From NCBI GenBank assembly GCA_036172245.1, contig JAYWIR010000013.1:3224001-3288000 (forward strand): 64,000 bases of DNA, given 5' to 3'. Positions 12,169 through 23,700 of this stretch are shown piece after piece. This DNA comes from Raillietiella orientalis. Taxonomy: Eukaryota. A program made the translations under genes and the position numbers. The notes beneath the pieces were generated by a model. It saw only the letters and a list, made by a program, of their open reading frames with translations. It was not told the DNA's origin and did not search any database. Position 1 is the stretch's first letter; each line of letters starts with the position of its first letter.

Positions 12169-12740
12169 TGATTGACGTCGTTACGAACGTCTTTGCGCCG
12201 AGCGGCTCCCACCTGCATAGGGAACAAAATGACTTTTCGACTCCCTGTAGCGCAGATGGCTGGCGGTTGCAGGCGTGTGCAAAGTCCACCTGATTGCAGG
12301 CGACGGCAACATGCGTCTGCTTTCTGGTGGGAACATCGCCGAACTCCACCACGTCAACGAGCTGTGCGCGTCCGTGCGCACGCGCAACTTCTTTGACGGC
12401 GACCGAGGAGTGGAAAACAGCATCGACCACGTCTTATTCGACGAGCACCTGCGCGCGCGGGTGGGTCGCCGGGCTAGGATGCCGTCTTAGCTGTCGGACC
12501 ACCTCCGAATTAGGTTCGAAATGCTGGCACGCCAGAAAGGCCGCGAAAGCCAGAAAGGTCCTCCGCTTGGCGTATACCGAGAGAATGAATGCGTTTCCCC
12601 GAAGCTGTGGAGCACCTCCGTTGCTTCCTGCGAGGAGCAGCAGTGCAGAGACTCGAGGATTGGGACTCTCTGAGGCGCTAGGTCCGAGAGTTCTGCGAAG
12701 GATTCCCGATGGGCTGCTTTACCACATGTTTGGGCGTTGC
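12168..12740 (+). mobile_element. Same family, piece G: C-terminal endonuclease and start of linker
   Basis: IDVVTNVFAPSG, HLIAGDGN, NELCASVRTRN, IDHVLFD, SDH, VREFCE. Confidence 0.85.
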
Positions 12741-14030
12741 CATGCTGTTACGCCGGGGCGTTTATTTAAAACTGTTCTATACGGTTGTAGTACAAGACCC
12801 CACTGATGCCAACACATCATGGAACCTTCCGGGTCGCCGGTACGCAGACCGACTCGATTCTCCTCGGCAGCAGGGTAAGGGGGAAAAAAAGAAAAAGAAA
12901 AGAAAAATCAAGAAAAGAAACACTTTGGAGGGCTGGGAAGGGATCACTGTTTGCTGGGTGGAAACTTCATCCTTTGTCGAGGTCCATTCGTATGCTTCCC
13001 AAATGAGGCCATCTGGTCTCAATTCGCAGGAAGCGAGCTGCAAGTTCAATGGCGTCCCTTTCGTTGTTTCCTCCGTTGACGTTACTCCGTGCTCTCACAA
13101 TACCTCGGACAAAGCAAAGTGTTTCCTGGGCTGCCACTGAGCGTCCTACGCGAAGACGAGCCGAAAAACATCCCGGAGTCCAGTGTTGCGGTGCGCGTTG
13201 CGTGGAAGACCCCAGTGCAACAGCAGAAGCACCGTTTTCTGCCACTTTAGGGGGAGGATCTTCGATCCATTCAATACTGGGGGCCACTTCAGGTCATCCG
13301 TTGGAATGCCGAGCAGCTTGTCGCATCTCAGTAATCCACGCGGAAGGACGCTCGGGATCGTGGCGTCCGCATGCTGTCCCATGGTTCAGTTGCTTAAATT
13401 CTTCTCCCTACTTGCGATACGGTAGGAGACTTGCACCTCGGCGTCCAGCTGCTGTGAAGCGCCCTTCTAAAATAGGGCATCGCCGTAGCTAGGGGGGTCT
13501 TCTCTGCCCACGTCCTCCTGGCAGACACTGCAGTATGTTCCGCAGTGAGCAGCGGGCGTAGTTGGAGAAACGCAGGTAGTTCCAGCTGTCACTTACAGAT
13601 CGATTCAGCATCGTCCACGTGCCAATTATTTCCTCTAGTCATGCGCTTGAGTTGGCGGGGCTACAGGTCATCAAGCCCTTGACCAGTGTGGCCATGTGTC
13701 CAAAGATAAGGCTGCATCTGCTCATCTTCCGGTAGGGGCACAAAAGATGAGATGCCAGCGCTTCCGTCGAGGATATACGGCGGTTGAGGCGGAATGGAAC
13801 TCACCAAGGGGTGCCCCTATACTTCGCTGCGATGTCCATGGTACGCCATCGCAGCTGAATCTCCATCCGCTCCGGTGTCAGGAGGCCGAGACCGCCGTCC
13901 TAACGCGGAGCACCCAAGTCCTTTGAAGGCACCCGGGGCTTCTTGTTGCCCCACAGGGAGATACGTAGGGGATCCTTTGTCCTTTTCTTCAATTGAGGGG
14001 GTACGGAGCAAACAGCTGCTGGAGCATGAT
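12741..14030 (-). mobile_element. Same family, piece H: 5'-truncated 3' fragment inserted antisense into G/I
   Basis: Reverse complement aligns to E ~5930-7395 (KWPP..KILPLKW..LLHWGLP; 3' UTR; TTTATT at 12761-12766). Confidence 0.87.
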
Positions 14031-14049
14031 TAAAACCTCCCTTCGAGAC

Positions 14050-15960
14050 CGGTTAAGGCTAGGGTGTTTGGAACGAGTATACTTGAAAGCTCGTCGCTAC
14101 ACCCAAACACCAGACATCCGCCGACTGGCAGAGTACTAAGCCAGGGCCGTACGGTAAACCTGGCAATCCGTGTCAGCCAGCCTCCTAAACGGTGATGACC
14201 AGGAGCACTCGAACGGCAAGAAGGCAGCCTGAGTCCCTTGCTCTTCAGCACCTAGTTTGAGCTGGTGCTGAGGGCTCACAGGGATACTCTAGCTTGCCTG
14301 CAGCGCAATTGTCCCGGTACGCCTGCGGTGGCAGCGTATACGGACGATTTTCTGCTGCTGCTCCATATGTACACCCCGGCGTCGGCACTCGAAAATTTCT
14401 TCGAGCTGTTGGACCGCGATACAGGACTAGAGGTGAACAGTGTGTAGTCGTCCGTGGTAGCAGTCGATTCGGTGTGGGCAGGACAGCCGGACTGGATCCT
14501 CCTGGAGATCCTCATGGTTCTGTACTTTAAGTACCTTGATGTACCATTGGAGGAGTATTCTTCGCCGGAGACGTGATGGTCCAGATACCTCCAGAACAAG
14601 CAGAGTTGGAATCTTTTCGTTCCGGAATGGCAAGTTTCTGTCGCCGGAACGGGCCGGGGTGTGGAACGCGTTTGTGGCCGTTCTCTTCCTCCCTCTGCTT
14701 TTGGTTTGCTCACCACCAAGTAGCACGAAGGACCTCCTGAGGAATAACCTCTGGGGCAAAGGAAAGCCTGAGTCTGCCTGAAGAACTTGTGCTCTCTGCG
14801 TCGCGACGGAGGTCTCGACCTTCTCACGTTAGGGCGCTTATAGCGGCAGCTCCAGTGGGAGATGCTTGCCCTAGCGGCAAAGCTTTGGAGCACAAACTGG
14901 TGCAAGAGCGCACTTTACCTGGACAAGCGAGCCATCGGCCACTCGGGACTATGTTCGTTCCAGACGCCGCGGCGCAGACGAAACGTGTCCAACTGTGGAC
15001 TAAAGCTCCAGAGGCTGGCCAATCTGACCAGAAACGACAGCTGGATCTTCTGCCGGCCCGCCGACGGTGGTACCTGGATGCAGAAAACCGTTTGCACATG
15101 GGCCATAAACAATAAAGCGAGCAAGAAGTTGAGGCAGTGGCCACTACTTCTTGCTCTACAACAACTGATGGCTTCAGGATATCACTGCGCGGCCCACCAC
15201 CACGTGTGCGTGGTCGCAAAGAGCATTCCTAGCCGCGTCAAAGTTCTTCCTCAGGTAGCACTTGGGCAGTAAATAGACAGCCAAATAGGAGGTCAGTTGC
15301 GAAACAGGTCTTTGCACGAAGGAATTAAATGGTTGGATTACGGACCAGCTCAAGGACGGTGCGACCCTACGGACTAAAAGGACTATTGCGCTAGGATGAG
15401 CTACTGGGAATCAACAGGAGGACTTCGAGTGGTCTCCAGCGCTAAAGAGCAATCCGGTCCTCCCTTGAAGTGGCAGAATTCGGCACTTCTGTTGTTGCAC
15501 AGGAGTATCCCGTGCAACGCCCACCGGCCTCTCTAGACCTGGGGACTGTGGATCCCAATCATCCTACCGCACCCGCTTGTAGACTGTGTTGCCTTCCGGT
15601 TCATGTGATTGCGTTTCGCAACGGCCCTTGGGGCATCAAAGGACAATCCTAGAGACCTGTTCTAACGCCTCTTCGTGCGCGATGCCCTTTCGTCTGCCGC
15701 ATCCCTAGCAGTTCATTGCTGCTGCCTTTTCGAGACTGTAGCGTCCTTATCCTACGCGAGAGGAATACGGCGCGAGAGGGACACTATCTACCTCGCTCTG
15801 TGCTCCATGAAGACGGCAGCTGGATGGTCCCGGCGGCAGGGATATACTCAGACGGAACTTACCGGCCTCCTGGGAAAAATGCAGAGGAGACCCTTCAGCA
15901 CCAGGTGATCCTTTTCCTCAGCCTCTCAACTATTGCATGTCGTTTGCACATTAACTATTC
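14050..15960 (+). mobile_element. Same family, piece I: continuation of G (linker, internal deletion near 14210, decayed RT and C-terminus)
   Basis: VYLKARRYTQTPDIRRLAEY matches copy A AYLQARRYERTPNVRRLAEY; RQEGSLSP, AYTDD; GTGATCC 3' UTR start at 15905. Confidence 0.85.
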
Positions 15961-16039
15961 ATTATTCTCTTCGATATACTGCTGAAGGACTCCAGGAAGT
16001 GGTTCACACTCCAGATGCTTTCATGCTGACTGCTTCCAC

Positions 16040-17150
16040 GTAGGAGTTACTCAACGCGAACATTGAGAAGCCAGACCTCGAAGGGTTCTTGGTGAGCGGA
16101 GGTGAAGTTGTTGACCTGATCCACAAAGTGACAGCCCTTGCTTAGCGACTGCTAAACACCCATGACCATCGATGGCAAGAGACTTTACCATGAAACGTTG
16201 GATCACTCAGTAGTGATTCACCTGAGAGGTTCACGGTTGCATTTGGACTCGCCTGAAGTCCTCCGTCAGCTCAAAGAATAGGAGGCGGTCCACGCTCACT
16301 GGACCAGGCCAAACTGGCTCTCCGGATATGAGGGATCGTTCATCGTCTGGGCTGCAGCGCGCTTGACCGACACGGAGGGAAGCAACTTTCCTGCCGTATG
16401 GAAAAATGGGGACTTTACGTCGATCTCTGCTTTCCCAGGAAACTAAAACTCCTCAACCAGTGCAATAAAACCGGGAACTTGAAGACGTGGTGTCCGGAAA
16501 TTAGGAGCCTTGACCGCGGACTGAAGAACCACATAAAGTTTGTGTTCCTAAAAAGACTCGTCGGCGACATTTCGCGCTCAAAGTACAAGAAAGGCATTGT
16601 GAGCAAAAGAACGGAAGGAAAGGGAGGAAGGAAGAATCTCCATCACAGACAAACCAGACTTCATCGGAAGAAACTTTTAAAAGAGGGGGAAAAAATGAGC
16701 GACGGAGAACAATGGCAAGTGTCAACACCAAAAAAGGAAGAGGAAAAACCTCCCGAAAACCAAAAAGGCGACGGCAAGGCGATAGCTAAGCAGCACCTCA
16801 AGGCGGCTCTTCAGCAGGTCAGAGCGATCGAGGGGACCATCAGAAAGGCAGCCGTGAAAAGCGCTGTCGACGAATCGATCGATAGCCACGAAGGTCTTTG
16901 CAGCGTTAGGGGCATTTTTTGGAGAAGGCGGTGGCACCAATCCCTTTGAAAATAAGGGCCTCGAGAAAGAAAAGGGCTGTATGGCGTTTCTGAAGGGTCA
17001 ACTGAACTCGAGCATGGCTATGTACTCCAACCTGAATAAGTTTAGCATCAGCGGAAGCAACGGGAACCTCCTCAAAAAGACCCGAGGCCCCGAGAAAGAA
17101 TGCTTTCCCCCAGGAAAATAAGGCATCAGCTCGGAAAAGCAGATGGGTTT
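16040..17150 (+). mobile_element. Same family, piece J: heavily decayed ORF1
   Basis: NIEKPDLEG..SGGEVVDL..RLLNT..IDGKRL, DHSVVIHL, VHAHW, AAARLT, eroded knuckle CNKTGNLKTWCP, GEQWQV. Confidence 0.72.
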
Positions 17151-17459
17151 TGGGGAGTCGTCCTCGGAAGGATCCTTCTCTTCGGAAGGAGAACAGAGAT
17201 GAAAGAGGAGGAGCAGGATTCAGTTTTCCAGGTTGTCTACTATACCGCATAACTCCGGTTCAACACATAGTGTATAACACTATTGGAAGCCTTGCCCATG
17301 ATTTTGTGACTGCGCAATTTGGGAAATCTCTAATCGCATTCCCTGATTTCAGTTAAGTTGCCACCGTTTATTGTATAGTAGCATTCTGAGGAACTGCAAA
17401 ACATTTGCGCGAGCAGACCACAAGAGGTTGATTCCGTAAAAGACATGGAGATCTCCTTT

Positions 17460-20079
17460 TTAAGATTCCTTCTGCTCGTAGAAACTGATGCTTTTCATCT
17501 GGTAGTCGAATTCCGTGGGGAACTTCTTCAGAAAGATGCTTCCCAGTCTTATGGATTTCGTGTCGAAGGGATGGATTCGGATCAAGGTTTTGCATATCCA
17601 CTGCGGGATCCCTTCGGGCTTGATCTGAAACGGCTTTTGATCGCTGTGCTCCGAAACGCTTACGGATTACCTTCCTGAAATAATCTTTGTAAGTGAGCCG
17701 GAATTCCCTTTTGTTGATGGTGAATGTGAAATTGGGAAACGTCTTCATCTTGGAACAAGCCACCTGTCTGTCAAGTTATTGCAAGCTGAGACAACGCTGC
17801 GACCTACTCTAGGAAATTGTTTGATAGGAGGATCAGCGTCCATTTTCATGAGTGTTGCGAAGGTGCTGTAGATGTCTGAGGAAACACTCATCCCGTGGAG
17901 GTGAAATTGGAATTGGGCCTCGCAACCGTTTTCGCAGGCGTTACTGTCACCTACAAGTGCACTACAAAAATTCCATATGAGCCATCGCGTGGGTTCCCGC
18001 TTTCGTACCCTCACCTTTCGATTTGGAATTTCCACTTGGTGTAGTTTGACATCAGGATTAGGGGGCTCTTTCCATAGGTTTCACTGGGGCCGCTTCCAAG
18101 CACGAGGTTCCCAATTGCACCCTTTGGTTTCAGAGGTCTGCAAGATGGATCGTGAAACATTCTTCAACTTTTTCCTCAACAAAGTCAGTACTGTGGACGA
18201 ATTCTATTCGTCTTCGTTTTTTCCTGTTTTCGAACTCCGGGAAGCATCGAGAAAGGGCACCTTATCGTTACGAGGAGGAAGTAATCCACAAAAGCGGCTG
18301 CCTTTGGAATCACTAAGGAAGGGGCCGTGGCGTGATCAACGCACGGGGGATTCTACTGAGCAGAAACGCAGTGGAACTCCAAGGACCACTCGCGGCAGTT
18401 CGTGCTTCTTGTCTCACCATCCGACGAGAGTGGTGGATGAACCAGCGTTTTCATCGAATAGTCATGCCAGGTGAACCTTTTTCCTCGCTTCCGGAGCTTT
18501 GCACGTTTTCCGCAACATGCTAGAGTGCTCTTCGACCTCTGAAGAACTACAGATGGCATTCATTTCTCTCGAAGCAGCCGGGCATATCGCCTCTCGAATA
18601 CATACTTGCGCTCTTGCAAGCGAGCACTCGGATGGTTTGAAGCTGCGAACCCTACCAGGGGTGGGGTTCGCAGCTTAGAAATCATTCCTTGATCACATTC
18701 TCAGCATCTTTGCTCATGATTTGTATTGTCCTTGAGGAAATGCCGACTACTTCGGGCGGCTCTTCTGCGAGCGAACGTTGAAAGCTTTCCAAAGTTTCAG
18801 AATGTTCTCAAAAGAAGAGAAACGAAAGTTTCCGAAAATACAAACGTCCTGGATTCCCGCTAAGTGTCCTACCCAACCGTCATCGTGCAGATCGTTTTAT
18901 CAGACAAGTCACGGCGTAATGGGATTATCCGCGGGCAGTGGGACAGAGGCTGTTGAAGCAAAATCATGCACACGCATCTCGATCCAACATAAGAGGGGGA
19001 GGGCACAGAGTAACCACACACAGAGCATATGTAATTCGTTCCATTGTAACCCTACATTGGCAGCGTTGGTCAATCCCAATGGTGAGTGAGGGAATTCCTA
19101 CGCACACGTCTCGGAGCAAAACGAACTGTGCATTCATTCGAAAAGGTCAAGTGTTTCCGAAACTGTGCTCGTCTGCAACAGATACCAACCTGTGCCACTC
19201 GAATGAAAATTTCTTCCTCAGTTTGGGGCATCTCACTCCAAGCATCGACAGAAAGGAGAAGTCGTCAAAGTCATGAATAGGAGGTGGAGTCATCCCCAGG
19301 AATCCATCGATCTGGAGCTTCGCTTCTGGATCACGTCTGAAGTTGTCCAGTCGGAAGGTCACATTTTCAAAAGCTGCACCTGCAATCTGCAAGAAGACAA
19401 AGACGCGCTCTGGAGCAAGATGCTACAATCTTTCACATTTCGAGATGGCACTTCTTGTACTTCTGGAATCAGTTGCAAATCAGCAAACAGATACGCATGC
19501 AAGGGAAAACTTTGTGCGATGTTTCCTTCTGGTGTTCAGACCGTTGTTGTTCGGTTTGAACACGACTTTCACAGAAACAAATCGCTGAAATTTTAAGCAG
19601 GAATTGTGAGAACGACGGTAAGGAGCGCATAGTTCAGCAGCAAAGAGCTGAGCTGGAAAACTTTCCTTAGGATTCTCGAAGAAGGAAAATTGAGTGAGCG
19701 CTGAAAAGATCACGGGATGTGCGTCCACAAAACAAAGGGTTCTGAACTGCGAGGGCGACAACTGATTGGTTCAGTTACTGTGTAAAGGACGCACTCTCAT
19801 GTTATCCGTTACTAGGTTTCTCAAGACGTTATTGTACGCTGGTGACCAGAACTCTCCCAAGTTCAGGTCATGATATGATCCCGATTTCTCCGATCGATAT
19901 CCGTGAGATTGACCTGGAACAAGAACGTCACAAAGAGCCTGGGAGTGTTAGCCGTGGTTACCCTTCGCATCGGGGCCCGAATTCTTGTACATCAGAATGT
20001 AAGTGAACGGTATTTCGGAAGAAGGTGCAAGAAACACTCTTTGCGGAGGGCTGCCCAACATCATTCGCATGTAGATCCA
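17460..20079 (-). CDS. Pepsin-family (peptidase A1) protein, predicted catalytically inactive; 7 exons, 5' exon(s) unresolved
   Basis: Exons 20079-19962, 19913-19795, 19386-19190, 18137-18015, 17961-17808, 17763-17671, 17624-17460; all GT-AG and phase-compatible, 322 codons with no stop. Motifs LGSPPQ, YRSEKSGSY, IDGFLGM, KFSF, GNLVLG, WKFQI, CENGCEA, FPNFTFTINKREFRL, LGSIFLKKFPTEFD. Confidence 0.88.
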
Positions 20080-20747
20080 CTGCAAGAAAATGGCAAAAAT
20101 GCCGCAATCAGTTGTTTCCAGGAAGGGTCCGTCTCGTGGCGAGCGCTCTAGAATTTTCGTGTTAAAAGAGGGAGCGCTTGTGTGGGCAGTTCATGTGTTT
20201 TCATTGAAATACACTGATGTGCCAGTCATCAGCCAAAATGCATTTTCTTCTGGAGAGGATTTCTTCTTCGAGAAAAGCGTCTTTTTTGTAAAAAGTGCCT
20301 TTCTACAAAATACATACGTGTCGGACACGACACAAAGTGGCCGTTGGGTGTATATAGCTGCAAGAACTCCGCAGTTGTGAATGCAAATTCAGATTGGTTC
20401 ACAAAATCTTCAGTAAAAGTACTACCATTCTGCACAGTCGAGTTCACAGTTTCCGAACGCCTCTGTGCGCAATGGCTTTTCCTTGCTTAGAATGAACGCT
20501 GCGGTATCTCGCCGAAGACTTTAGTCCGAGCAAAGAAGTACACTCCCATCAGATACTGCTTACATGATCGCCTCAGGATGTTTCTTCTTGCACGATCTTC
20601 AACACCAATCAACAAGCGAATCCTGTTTCCAAGAGAAGCACTTTCCTTCACATGAAAATTCCAAGAGTGTTGGGGAAAAAAAATCGCAATTCAAAAGTCT
20701 CACGCCAGTACTAAATGTGCTTCATAATCCTATGGGGAGGACCTACA

Positions 20748-23700
20748 TTACAGTGGAGGAGCCGAGGTAAAAGACTTGCGGACGCTTCCTGCCATTCTTC
20801 CCCGTTCAAGATCGATAGAGTCACATTTGTTCGGTGTCAAACTATTGATGAGGCTTCTTATCGGAATGGTTTCCGTGTAGCAACCAGATTGCTAATGCAA
20901 GAATAATAAAATCACAGCTTTACTTACGAAGCCATCTGTATAGACGGGAACTTTGATTGGGTCCGTTAGGTCATTTTGTGGGACTTCTTTTGCCTCTCTC
21001 TCTCTCAATGTGTAACGAGACTCTGGAGGAACTTTGAGAATCGATTCGCCAAGATCACGCAGGTTGGCTGTGTTTCGCACATCAGTTCTAAAAAGGCAAA
21101 GATCCTTAGCATTATAAATCCCACTTCCAAAATAGTAGAAGAGTACTCATTTCTACACATTTGAGCGAGCATTTAGCGAGCGCCGTTTGTGTAACCAAAA
21201 TGGATGTGTGGCAAGACGGAGCGGAGCGTTTTCGTCACTCGGGAAAGTAGAGTGCCTTAAGGTCCGGCAATGCAGGATTCCAGTTCAAGTCACTGAAAGC
21301 TGTCTTCCGAGCAGCACCTAGAGGCTTCGGCTATCCTGTTGGGAATGTTCGCCATCAGGTCAACTCATGTGTGTAAGTTGCAGAGCTGGACAGCCTCTGC
21401 TGCGAGTTATGCCGATTCCATCTAACGGTGCTGCTATCGGAACACGTGGAAAATCTTGCCTCGAGCAGCATGCCATCGAGGAACTTTCTCGAAGAACGAG
21501 TGGCACTGCCATTCAATCAATACGACTGGTGTAAGCAGCTCACAGCAAGAACGAAATGTTCTTGCAGCTCGGAAAATCAGAAAGCAGCCACAAAGGACTT
21601 GAGGTGAGAATTGGGCGAGGAATCCGAGACCAATGCCTGACTGTGCTGAAGTTGCATTTCCATTTTCAGTTTGCACCAATTCAGAATAGAGACTTGGCGG
21701 AATAATTTTCGGAAGCTTCGCATCTTTCAATGAGCACTGATCTTTTCTTCCGAGGCAACCTACAGATGCATTGCGAAGTATCGGTGTTGTGGCTGGTGGT
21801 CATGGAAACGACAAAAAGCACCATCCTACGGTCTCCATGGATGCAGCTCGTGATCGCTCTCGTAGTTCGAAAGGGCGATTTTCGTGGAAGGCAGTATCCG
21901 GATGCGAGTCTCACTTCTAGGAAAGGCCTCCTCCTAGCACGGCAGCACGCCTCCAGCACAGCTGCGAAACCATGCCTCGTGGGCGCTGCCTTTCCCACAT
22001 TCCGTGACCTCGAAACCGCGGACGGCGGTCGCCGCAGTGATCAATCTGTACGGGTTGTTCAGCTTTGGAATTCTCGTTATTGAGAATTGAAATACGAAAT
22101 GTTTGCCAAAAGGGTTCTTTCCTCTGGGAATGAGATCTGTAGACTGCAGTGGGAGACAGCAAAATCGGATCAAACTGAGCGAATCACATTCTTATCATCC
22201 TCGCACACACGAGTGAGGAGAGAAAGGCGAGACTGTACCTTGTCGGCCCAGACGAAAACTGGCCAGCTTGAACAAGGAGGAGTTCCAAGATGATTGTATT
22301 CATTTCCTCGAGGTTTGGGATCCCTTGTCCTGGTCCGAAGGAAGGAGATGCTGAAATGGGGCTTGATTTATCCAAGCATCCGATAACTACCCTCGCACCG
22401 CGCATGAAGGTTCGTTTTGTCCTATGGAAAAATTCCGCTCATCATCGGCAAATCATCAGATAATCGCTTTTGTTTCCCTTTTTTTGAGAATGTGCTCTTC
22501 TTGGCACGTCCCAATCCCGCATGACTATAGTGGATATTGAAATTGCAAGTCACTCCGGTATTTAAGCCCAACTAACAGGAAGTAAAGGAAAATGGGGGAT
22601 GGAAATCTTATTCCAGAAACACCGGCAAACGTTTCCATATTTGTCTTCCCTTCTTCCAGCCCCATGTTCTCGATGACTCACTGATGGTGCGCAGAAAAAT
22701 TGGAAGGCGAAACCGCATTTCTTTTCTTGTGGTCTACATTCGAATTGCAAATGTCTCCTAAACAGGCGCCAGGTTGACTCATTTTCGGTTGCAGCAATCA
22801 ACGACGATAAGACAAACGGCTCATGTGAGTTCAAGGAATCTGTTGCGCTCCGGGCATTTCATTCAGCTTTCGAAACAATCAGCGTGACCTCCGCTTCACG
22901 AGGGATTCTCTGATCATTCCTATGAGGCTTTAGCACTTTTCCTCTACGTCGCAAAGGCACACATTATTTACCTGACAAGGACTGTCCTGCTGGAAATTCT
23001 TCCTGTGGCAGCAATCCCTACGTACGTATGTCCCGTTGGGTTCCCCACCACTCATCCGCTTGATGGAATCCCAATAAGGACGCTCAGACGTGGCTATCAA
23101 CACCGAGCCCGCAGAGGGTGCACTGCACCAGAGAGGACGCGCCCTTGCAATGCAGTGCTGCGATAGGGACAGAAGAAGTGAAAACTGTACAGTGCACTTT
23201 ATTCAGGTGTCCGGAACTCTTCAGGGAATTCTCCCATCTAAATCGCTGGGTCGCTGAGCATCCTCGTGGCTTGGAAAGCCGTCATTGTTTTTTCCATGAA
23301 GCTCTTGCAAATGGAGTTTTGGAATCCAGGTTAAGTGCTTCAGTAGTAGGTCTGTTTGCTCATTTGCGAAATCGATGTTGTTGGCGATGTCATGCAGACA
23401 CCAATTTCGTTTCATTAAGGTTTGCATGCAAATGACTTGTACACTTTGTGCTCGCAACTCATTGTAACGGATCCATGCATGAGGCAGCGTGAATTTCCGA
23501 GGACACCTACAGCGTGGTCACCATGCATCACAGGTGCTTCACAGTTCCAGTGCAAGATGCTGGTGGGATAAGTTGCTTCCTGACGTGATGACTTTTTGGA
23601 ATTTTTCGAAGTCGCAGAGCTGCATCCCCAGGAACCTAAGCTTGAGCTTCTTCGATTCTTATCTCCATGATTATGGCTGGAGGGCTCACCCAAAGTGCGA

